A stretch of DNA of 64,000 nt, taken from NCBI RefSeq assembly GCF_009914755.1, contig NC_060926.1; one strand, 5' to 3'. Below, piece after piece: positions 52,401 to 64,000 of this stretch. The notes under the pieces were generated by a model. That model made no database searches. It was not told the DNA's origin and saw only the letters and a program-made list of their open reading frames with translations. Every line of letters starts with the position of its first letter. The first letter of the stretch is position 1. The stretch comes from the human T2T-CHM13v2.0 reference genome, Homo sapiens. The position numbers and the translations under genes are program-made.

Positions 52401-53413
52401 TTTGACTCAAGTTGGGCTGACTCAGGGCCCTTCAGTGGGATTTTTTAATTGAGTCCAGAGAACATATGTCTCAGTCCTCCTGTGCTGGTGGGATGCAAGG
52501 GGATGCAAGGTGATGCCAGGCAACTCGGTTGAAAGCTCTGGGCAAGCATGTTGCCCTCCATGGACACAGTGGAGAAAATACAATTTTTAAAATGAAATCC
52601 TACAGAGGACCAGTGTAACTTGGTCACATATGCAAGCATCACATGCTCTTTCCTCAGGAATAACAGTTGAAGAAACTAGGGGAAGGAAATTGACAGCCTC
52701 CTGCACTGATCCTCTGAAACAGAGCTCCACATCCCACCCACAGCTATATAGGCTTTTGATCTCACAGTGCTCCCTGCACAGGGTTTTTAAAAACATTGGA
52801 TTACTTGCCCACACTTAAAAATTGATAGACATCCTATAAATATCTGAATTTCTGGATTCTCTTGAAAAATTAGAGAAGCCAGAAATAGTAGGCATTTTCC
52901 TCTGCTGCAACAATATGCTGGAAGCACGTGACAGTGCCTGCTTCAGGCTGGGCACATTCTCCTGTGGATTCTAGTCTTCTTTAAACCCCATCCCTTAGCC
53001 TACCTGAAGCCATGTGTTGGCTGCCATTCCTCACTGTCTCTGCACTGTTCCTTTATGGGAGATAAAGAGCTGGACCAGGAAGGCCATGCATTTTGAGAAG
53101 TTTGGGAGAGAGTGTGTTACTTTGTGGGACAAAAGAGTGCTCCTGCATGATTAACACAAAAACAAAATCTGTGCCAAAATAATACAGTTGAAGATGTCAT
53201 TCTGAAACGAATGACTGTCAGCTCATACATCGTGCCCAGTCCACTCAGGGCAACGCTGGGTGGCCCTTCTGGGTGTGTGGTTCTGCAAGAGCTGCTCTAG
53301 AATAGTCATCATTGTGGGCACCAGTAATCCAAACTCAAGGCCAGCGGTTAGGACCCAAAGGGCAAGTTGTGCTATTCACACACAGAAGGTGCACTCTGGG
53401 ATTTATATTCTAC

Positions 53414-54134
<721 letters not shown>

Positions 54135-54505
54135 TCTACATATGGAAAATTAACACATGAGACTGTGTTATGAAATGCAGTGATCTTGCTTTGTGTCCCT
54201 TGAAGGTCTGTGGCCAGGAATATCAAACTCCCCATGCTTACAGGGAAACAAAAAAAATCTCCAAGAAGTAGAAACATAATCTTCCAGGAAGGAGTTAATG
54301 TTCAAAATGTATGTTTTCATCAGTAGGACTTGGTAGGATGTGAATAAAAATTTACGTATCTTATTTATCTAGCAGTGTTGGCCTGCCTGCCTCATCAGGA
54401 ATACTCACAGTTTCTAATAAAAAATTCAATTTACTAACTTACTTTTCATCTGCCATCCTGTGCCTCTCCATTCCCAGTCAACCGCTTCATAAAAGTCACC
54501 ATGTC

Positions 54506-54865
<360 letters not shown>

Positions 54866-57800
54866 TTAAAGGCAATGAAGTGTAATAATAGCTCTTCATT
54901 TAGTGCTTAGTATGTACAAGATACGTGCTTCATATGCTGGCCTGACCTTAGTGCATATTATCTCACTGAATCCTCATAATAACCATGCGTGGGGTGTATT
55001 ATTTCATCTTGTAGTAAATAAGGAGACCTGGCTCCCAGGGGTCAGGGGCTCCAGCACACTAGTTTTCTCTTCCTCAAATCAGTCAAGCTCTTTCCACTTC
55101 AGGGCCTTTGTGTCTGCCGACTCCTCTCTCCAGAACACTTCTCCCTGATCTTCAAATGCCTGGCTCTTTCTTATCCAGATGCCAGCTCCTCAGAAGTCTG
55201 CTCTGGTCATCGCACCTGCTCTCCTGTCCCCAGCCTGCTCCCTCACTTCGCCATGTTACTCCTTCACAGGTATCTAATAAGCGTTCTCTGTCTGAATGAC
55301 CCCTGATCCTGTGATTCTTTGGATTTTTCATGTAACTTTCTTCTTGGAAACCTCTCCTAACTCAAAAAGGTAATCTCAAGATCAAATCCACACTGATGCC
55401 TGTAGCCCTCAAGGTACCCCACTGTCTGGGGCCAGTGAGCCCTTCCAGGGTTGTCATCAATCTATCTATCTCTTCAACCACCCCCCAACCTGACCACACA
55501 AATGAGAAGGGCTTTAAATACACCCCAAGGGCAGTTTAGAAAGAAAAATGGAGCCCAAGGATGTATGTGGTGCAGGATATGGGCAGCCTGGCTCTTCAGA
55601 CACAGTGAGTGACAGAGTGCATTACAGCCAGCAGAGGTGACCCGGGAAAAGGGAATGGTGAGGGGTGCTACAGGACGTGTGGGGTTGGGGTGGGTGCTGT
55701 GGAGGGTGATGCAGGGGCGAGTCTTGGTATTTGGGCTGGTGCTTCTGTTGATGGTGGGGTTGGAGTTGCGATGGGGTAATCTGCCAATCTTGGAGGTGGG
55801 ATGGGGTATTAATGATAACGGTTGTAGTTTCACGGTTGGGATGGGGTAAGGATAGTGGCGATTATAGTTATATGTTTGTTTATTTGTTCATTCATTTACT
55901 CATTTGTTTTTTCCAGCTGACATTCACTCATTCATATGGACATTCATTTTTTCTTACACCCTTTGTTTGGAGGCAGCAGAGGTGGCAGTGAGGATGGATA
56001 GAGATGGGGTGACCGAGATGGCAGGCATCACATTGGGACCATTTGCATCTAACCCCAGATCACTGAGCTGACAGAGCTTCAGGGTCTTCCTTGCAGGTTC
56101 TCACCTAAGTCACTATCCAATTGGGATAACCCAGAGGTAACCCAATCCCAAGGCCCTTGGCAATCATCACATCCATTAGGACACTTGAAATGATGCAGAT
56201 GTGTTGGTCGAGGGACACACAGGACTTAGGTGTGGAAAACCTGTGACTCTGAGAGTGAGGTGCTGGACAAATCCCCTGTAGACAGATCCAGGTGCCAGCC
56301 CCACAGGGCTGCTTCACCCCCACTCCTCCCAGGCGTCCCCCCACCACCAGCTCACAGAAAAGTCAGCTGAGGGATCAATCTGCTTACCATGCATTGTTCC
56401 AAGGCAGCTGATGGCAGAGTATTAATAGCTCAGCGGTCCTGGCAACAGCCAGCCGGAAAAAGCAGGCAGAGGCCATTGATAATCTGGCTGTGGAATCTTG
56501 GGCCTGTGCATGTCCTGAGTGCTCTGAGGGCAGAAAAAGCCCAGGGGCCTTCTGCTGAGCCATGGACCCAAATGGGCCAGTTTGCAGCTGGATGAAACTC
56601 AGTCAATAAGAGCTGAGCAGATCAAGTCAAATCAAATGAAGCTCACCCCCAATCTCAGCCACTTTCTAAAGAGGGAAGAGGTTTCAGGAAGGAAGATGAA
56701 AGCAAGTGACTTGGTTTGTGCTATTTTTGGAGGGGTGCAGGCATGCAATGAGGTCTGCAATTCTTTATTTGTTCATTTATTTACTCATTTGTTCTTTCAG
56801 CTGACACTCATTCATATGGGCATTCATTTTTTCTTACACCATTTGCTCAGTCAATAGAACAGTTGGCTGAGTGTTTCAGGACACAGGACCTATAAGAGGC
56901 AAGAGCACCTCACTTTAAACTGTGAAGCAGGATGTAGCAAACATGCATCCAGGAGTGCAGTCCTTGAGTGAAGTAGGAAGTCGGGGGATTGGGATGAGAT
57001 TAGCAGGAAAGGCTTCCTTCCTGCTATTATAAAAGGGCCAGCCATTCCAAGCTGAAAGAATGTCATAAGCAAAGGGGAGGTGGCAGACATAGAGAGAGTG
57101 CGTTCAAGGCGAATGGAACAGGCTACTGTGGGCCTTGAGGGAAGTGGGAGAGCTGACTAGAGATGTGAGGATGAAGGAGGGAGATGACACATCCAAGCCC
57201 TGACCCAACACCCAGACTCATCAGCCCTGACTCCCAGCTGCTGAATCTTGTGCAGAGGAAACAAGGTTTGAGGATCATGTTCTCATGCATCTGACTCACC
57301 TGGGGAGAATTCCAACACTGTCACAGCCAGTCCCCACCTCAGACCCCCGAATCAGGATCCATAGAGGTCAGCTTCAGCATGTCCACTTGGGGGAAATAAA
57401 TGCCAGCGTGAGCCTGAAGACACACGTGATTAGGAAGCAGCACTCTGAGGGAACATGGAAAAGCCAAAAAGGAAGCCGACAGACAAGAGTGTCCTGGGAT
57501 GATCTGGTGGTTGTCACCTTCATTTTCAGAGACTCACCCAACCCATAACAGACTGCCCAGTACTTCAGTGTCAGCAAGGAGCGCCAGAATGCATTCCGAA
57601 CTCCCTGGCTGGGCCTAAGTCTTGCAGAGCTGCAGCCTCCATCTGAGAGCTGATGGCGGCCTCCCACCTACAAGGCTTTTCCTTCAGTATGCTCAAGGCT
57701 GGCCCCCTCCAGACTCCATTCATAACCCCCCTGTGGAGAGAGACTCTGGCCATCCCTCCCACAGGCAATGTCCAAGGGGCTGTAGCACCTTCCAGTTGTC

Positions 57801-60800
57801 GCATCTCTATCAGTGTTGGCCTTTTGTCTTGTCCTCTGCCACCTGCCCTGTGAACACTCCACAGTGACTTGAGCTGAGGGGAGCCCCTCCAGGCTTAGTC
57901 ACACAGCCTGGGGAAGTCTGGAGGCTGAATCATAGGTTAGAGAGTGTCAGGGCCCTGGTTGCGGCCATGCTGGGGCCAGCAGCACTCTCTGGATAGAGAA
58001 ATTCAAGCTGCAGTTCTTTCTTCCCTCTGACCCTCAATGTCTTTATGAGTAAATGAGCTGGTTGCACACTATCTCCAAAATCTCCCCAGCTGCAAGACTC
58101 CCTATGAACTATGGAAAACTGTGGTCTACTTTCTTCAGTTGGCCTTTGGCTACTGAGCCTCTCCAAGCAGAGGCCAACTCTTCAGTCAACCTTTGCTTCT
58201 GCAGGTAAAGCCTAAATCCTCTTCTAAAAAAGTAGCGATTGAGACAAGGAGAGGTATAGTCCATAGTGATGCGAGAGGCCATCTGCCCAGGAGTGGAGGA
58301 CCAGGCCTGGGTGTTAGGATGAGTTGCCTTGGCTTTCTCTTTGGCCCAACAGTGTTTTGGGGTCCTAGAGGCTCAGGGAGGGAGTTCAGGACCATGGGGG
58401 ACTCTGTGTGTGGAGAGGGGGCAGGATAAGCTAAGCCCTGCAAAATGGGACAGCAAATGGGACAAAAAGGAAAGACCCTGTGAAGGGCTTCTAGATTATA
58501 GAAACAGCAGTGACTAATCTCATGTGTGCTTATTGTTTGATTGATTGAATTGGAAAGGGGAATATATGCAACATGATTTAAATTTCAAGTGCAACATTCA
58601 ACACATTTGGACCAGAAAGCAAATCTCCCATTCATCTTTCTCTCCAGCAACCTAATCCCTACTATGTTACAGGATACCTGTACAACATTCCTTAGATATT
58701 CTATGTGTGTGCATGAGACTCAGTGTGGAGTTGTCCTCTTCTCCATTGTAATCTCCTAGGTCATGCCCAAGCTTCTAAGGAAGTCGTGTTAAATGCCAGA
58801 TCTTAGCGTTTGTTATGCTTTGGGCAAACAAAGGAGGGTCCTGTTTCCATGCACAGGGAGAAGAGACAGGGGTAGAGCAGGACAATTGTCAAAAGTGGTC
58901 AGAGCACAGAAAAGCTGATCAGCAAACCAGATGCTGCTTCAGCAGGAGGGGATGAGGTACCCCAGGTCGGATCTGCAGAACACAGGCAGAGGCTCTGACG
59001 ACCCTCAGTGACGCTGGACAGAGTGGCTCTCAGAGACTGGTGTGTTCTGCAACTCTAACTTTCTACAAGGAGCAGTTTAGCTGCCAAGAGAGCTGGACCC
59101 CCTGCTAAAGACTGCCCCCAGTGCTTTTAGAAACTACCAGTAATGAACAAAAAATCCCAAATGATAATGACTAAGTGGCTCCATGCTACGCTCCTGGACC
59201 AGGCAAAACCTGGAGTGAGAGCACATCCCTCCAGGAATTCAAGCATCTGGTGCACATTTGAAGAGTCACATGGGTGATGGGGGGGCTATTGGCCAACAGC
59301 TGGAAACAAGAAACAATTATCCCTTATTGGCAAACTTGGGGTAATAATCACTGGCAAGATTAGGCCTAGGCAAAATGAGTGCAAAGAACTCACCACACTG
59401 CCTGGCACAGAGCAACAAAACAGTTCTTCCTGATCCATTAGTTCTTGCTTGTGGCTATGCACTGTTCACTCCAGAATGTCCCCCAGTGGCTAATCGAGCC
59501 CCTGATTCCCCCAGGGTCTCCTTTCTTCCTCCCACAGGATCAGCTCACCTTCTCTTCCTCAGTGGACCAGACATTCAGTGGTCCAATGATTCCCTGGGGA
59601 TTCCCCGAGTCTGGCTGTGAAGCAGGATGCAGATGCCTCTGCATCCATGCTCCTATAAAAATAGCACTCCACAGTCATCATCATAATTTCATTGTGAATC
59701 CCAACAGAGAGACAACAGAAACGACCCCTCAGGGATTTCTATGATGTGTGGGATGTAGCAGATGCCATGGGCCTAACCAGAAGCCCCTCCTGCCCACGTG
59801 TCTGGAGCACAGCCCACCCTCTACCATGAGGCCCAGAAGAGTAGCCCTACCAGCCCGCACTGCCTGCAGAGTTTTGGGCACAGGGCCAGCCCTGGCCAAT
59901 AGCACTAATAGGAATTCTGCCATGGACTCCAAGGAAAAGATTTTTTTCCCTATTGATAAGGAATGGCTGAGTAGGAGAACTCTGTTTTTCTGCTGCATGG
60001 AAAGGCCGCAGTCTTCCTGCAACCACTGAGAGTGGCATCACAGCAGACAGCAGTGGCAGAGGGGAAAGATGAAAAACCAGTGGGGTCCCTGAGGACCTCT
60101 GGAGCGACCACATCAACTCTGGGACCACCCACACCTATGCTTTTGCTGTGGCATATCATACATACCCTTGTTCTTATAGCTGTTTTACTTTGGGTCTTCT
60201 TTGCTTTCAATCCAAAGCATCTTGAATTTGTTGTTGTTGTTCTTGTTGTTGTTGTTTAAATGTTTGTTTTCAAAGCCATCTTCCTGGTTGTTATTCCCTA
60301 TTTCCCTGCTTGAGGAAGCCAGTGGAATGGGTTTCTCCTCTGCTCCCTCCCTGAGAGGATGACTCGAGCCCACTCCTTGCTTGTCCTCCTCCTGTCTGTC
60401 ACAGAAGCTCAGGGCTCAAAGGAGTTAGATCAGAGCAATAGGTTTGAGCCAACCAGCACCCCCAAGCCTCAAGTGGTCATGTGCATCCCAATAAAAAGAT
60501 CAGTGTAAAATAAAATCTGTCCATGTTCCCTTCCCATGCTTGTCATACAAATGCTTGTAGCCTGACTTCAGCAGAAACCATCCACACCCCAGGCCTTCTG
60601 AGTGTGGATGTTCCAGCTTTTTCCTGCCAAGACTCTGGCTGCCAAGACCCAAAGCTGTGCAGAGAGAATAGGCTGTCCCAGGAAGGAGGTTCCATGCTCT
60701 CTTCCATGGAGAGCTGAGTGTGGCTGATTGGCCTGGGCAATGGTGAAGCAAAGGGCCTCTGTGTAGTCCTTGTGATTGGTCCATAGACATTTAGAATTTC

Positions 60801-61399
60801 TCTCTAACTTGAGGACCAAGGTTCTATGGAGGCAGTAGCTTCAGTGAGTGGAACGGAGCAAAAAAAAGCATAAAAAATTATGTCACCTGGGAGGAGCACT
60901 GGCCCTAAGAAGACAAAGAGCTCTCTGTGGCAAAGGCTACCAGCCTGGACAGAAGCAGAGGAGGGGAGCAGGAGATGGCTAGGAGTGAAGGAGGAGCGTA
61001 GAAACCTCTCACTCTTGCCTGCTCCTCTCCACTTTTTCTCCCTTTCTCCTCCTCCAACTTTTGTTTTCCCACCTTTCTCACTTCCTCTCCAGCACTTTAA
61101 CCTCTCATCTCTCCATTTGTTTCCTCTTCCCCTGTTGCTCCCTCCCTTTTGATGGCTTCATCCTTTCTCTCACCCCATGGATGAGATGTCCTGAGATGAA
61201 AGCCAGAAGATGATGCCATCAACAATCTGACCTTAGGCTTCTGCAGCTTCTGACAACTGTGGGCAGTTGGGGCTTTTATTATATTATTAAGCCCTGACAT
61301 TGCAGTTGCTAGTTATAGACTAGTATTCAGAAACAGTGTGTGCAGAAGGATTTAAATTGAAGGTTGTCTGAGTTGCCAAAATATATAACAACCAGAGAG

Positions 61400-64000
61400 T
61401 GTGACATTAGCAACGTGGCAGAGTAAGAAGCCCTAGATCCTCCTTTCCTCCACAAACACACCGATTCAGAAATAATTCTGAAATTAGGAATTATTAAAAT
61501 TATTCTTAAATAATTAAATTTTTTAAATTAATTTTTTTAATTAAAAACCATTATTCTTACATTATCAAAATTATTGAGCCTCACTGAAAGGCTCCTGCAC
61601 CCCAAGAGAATGTGCAACCAGACTTATCAAAGCTTGTAAAAACTTTCAGGACACCCTGCACCAGAGATTCTGCCTCCAGAACAGGATCATATGATTAGAA
61701 AAGACCCCATTAGCTCCCAGCTTCTCCCAAAAAGGGCAAGGTTTGATTCACTGTTCAATGTCCCAACTTCCTCAGGAGGGTTTGCCAGAGAATTAACTTT
61801 GTCCTGCCAGTCTTGGGACATGAATAAGTCCACCACAGCCTCATAGCCTGAGGAACAGTGAAGATGGCAGCTTGGGCTGATAAAAAGCATAGCCCTCTTC
61901 CTTCTGGTTAAACACAGAGCTAGTGGGCATAAACCACAGCTGCCTGCTTCTCCTTGGGGGAGAGGAAGAGCTGATAAAAGCCCTCAGAATCTCTGACCCA
62001 GCTGATGGTTGGGAGTCTTCTGTACAGGGCCAGTCTGAGAGATCCTGCTTTGTCTAAGGCACAAATGTGAATACAGAGTCCAACACAATGAAGAACAGGC
62101 AAAGTGTTCCAAACAAAGAAATAAGAAATATCTCCAAAAACTAGTCCTAATAAAGCAGAATTATATGATTTACCTGACAGAGAATGTAAAATAGTTCTTT
62201 TAAAGATGTTCACCAAGAGAACAATGCATAAGCTAAGTGAGAATTTCAACAAAGAGACAGAAAATATTTTAAAGTACCAAATAGAAATTATGGAGTGGAA
62301 GAACACAATAACTGAATTGAAAAATCCACTGAAGAGTTCAATAGCAGACTATATCAAGCAGAAGAAAGAATCAGCCACTTGAAGACAAGTCACTAGAAAT
62401 AATTCAGTCAGAGGAGAAGAAAAAGAATGAAAGAGAGTAAAGAAAGCTTAAGGGAATTGTGAGACACCATCGGGTGAACCAATACATGCATTGTGGAAGT
62501 TTCAGAAGGCAAAGAGACAGAAAGGATCGGAAAGCTCATTAAAAAAATTTAATGGCTGAAAACATCCCAAATCTGAGGAAGGAGTTGGACCCACATCCAA
62601 GAATCCCAAAGAACACCAAAAAGTGAATCCAAATATATCCACACCAAGACACAGTGTATTCAAATTGCCAAAAGTCAAAAACAGAAAGTTTTGAAAGTAG
62701 AAAGAGAAAAGCAACTTGTCACATAAAAAGAAACTCTGATGAGACTATCAGTGAATTATTCAACAGAAACTTTGTAGGCCTGGAAACAATAGGACAATAT
62801 ATTCAAAGTGCTAAGAGAAAAAGACTGCCAACCAAGAACACTACACCCAGCAAAATTCTCCTTCAAAACTGAAGGAGAGACAAAGATGTTCACAGACAAA
62901 CAAAAGCTGAGGGAGTTCTGTACCAGTAGACCTGCCATCCAAAAAATGCTAAAGAAATTTTTCAAGTTGAAATAGAATGATGCTAAAGAGCAATATGATA
63001 TCATTAGAAAGTATAAAACTCATTGGTAAAGGTAAATATACAGAAATGTAAAATATTATATTACTGTAGTATAAAAGTGGGTGATTCACTTTTAATTCTA
63101 GTATGAAAGACAAAAGCACAGAAAGTAAACTAAAGCATGTTTAAATATTTACAGTATGAATAAATGTAAATCATGACCGCAGTAACATAAAGTGATCAGA
63201 GAATAAATTAAAGTGTATAGTTTCTATACGTAATTGAACTTAAGTTGTTATCAGCTTAAAATAGACTGTTATAGTTGAAGATAGTTTATATAAGCCCCAA
63301 GGTAATCACACAAATAAAAATAGCTGTGGAAGTTACACAAAACAAAAAAAGAAAGGAATTAAAGCATATCAATACAAAAAAAATTATCAAAACACAAGGG
63401 AAGACAGCAAGAGAAAAAAAGGCAGATAAAAGAACTACAAGACTAAGAGAAACAACTAACCAAAAAATAGCAATAGTAATTTTTTCTCTATCAATAATTA
63501 CCTAAATTTAAATGGATGAAAATCATTACCAAAAGACATAGAGTCACTCAATAATTTTATTTAAAAAAAAAACTAATTATATGCTGTCTATGAAAAACTC
63601 ACTTTAGATTTAAAGACACACATAGGCTCAATATAAAGAGATAAAAAGGTACTTCATGTAAATGGCAACCAAAAGAGAGAGGGGGTGGTTAGACTTATAT
63701 CAGACAAAATAGACTTTAGTCAAAACTTCCACAAGAAACCAAGGGGAAATTTTGTCATTATAAAATGGTCACTTCACCCGGAAGATATAACAATCATAAA
63801 TATATATACACCTAACATCGGAGCACTTAAATATATAAAGCAAACATTAATAGAACTGAAGGGAGAAACAGAAAGCAATGCAATAATAGTAGGAGACTTC
63901 AGTACCCCACTTTCAATAATGAATAGAGCATTTATACAGAAAATAAGGAAACAGAGGACTTGAGAAACATTACAAAGCAAATGAACCTAACAGATATATA
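61400..64000 (+). mobile_element. LINE-1 (L1M-type) 5' UTR, decayed ORF1 and start of ORF2 endonuclease; runs off the window end
   Basis: ORF1 C-terminal IFKVL..CQPRTLHPAKFSFKTEGETKMFTDKQKLREF near 62800-62920; ORF 63685..63963 LISDKIDF..DITIINIYTPNIGA..IVGDFSTPLS is the L1 APE endonuclease. Confidence 0.9.

Overview
Human (or near-human) genomic DNA containing the 3' part of GYPC (glycophorin C/D, Gerbich blood group) on the + strand. It holds most of intron 1, exon 2 (27296-27352), exon 3 (30905-30988) and terminal exon 4 (from 32988, stop at 33184, AATAAA at 33688). Exon 1 lies upstream of the window. Exons 2 and 3 sit in a ~3.6 kb head-to-tail tandem duplication (~25133-28724 and ~28741-32313), the known substrate of the Yus/Gerbich deletions and the Ls(a) duplication. 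The rest is intron and intergenic DNA rich in Alu, L1, L2, MIR, LTR and DNA-transposon fossils, including a full-length HSMAR2 mariner and a U6 retrocopy. Apart from GYPC exon frames and decayed L1/mariner frames, the listed ORFs look spurious. I see no convincing new gene or wholly new biological system. The best leads are fine structure inside the duplication (a 429-bp perfect-identity tract, an 8-bp micro-amplification that builds exon 3's extra sequence, and a 51-bp ghost exon end with a dead splice donor), GATA/E-box clusters, and a degenerate E-box-rich minisatellite downstream of the gene. All alignments were done by eye; repeat subfamily names and boundaries are approximate.
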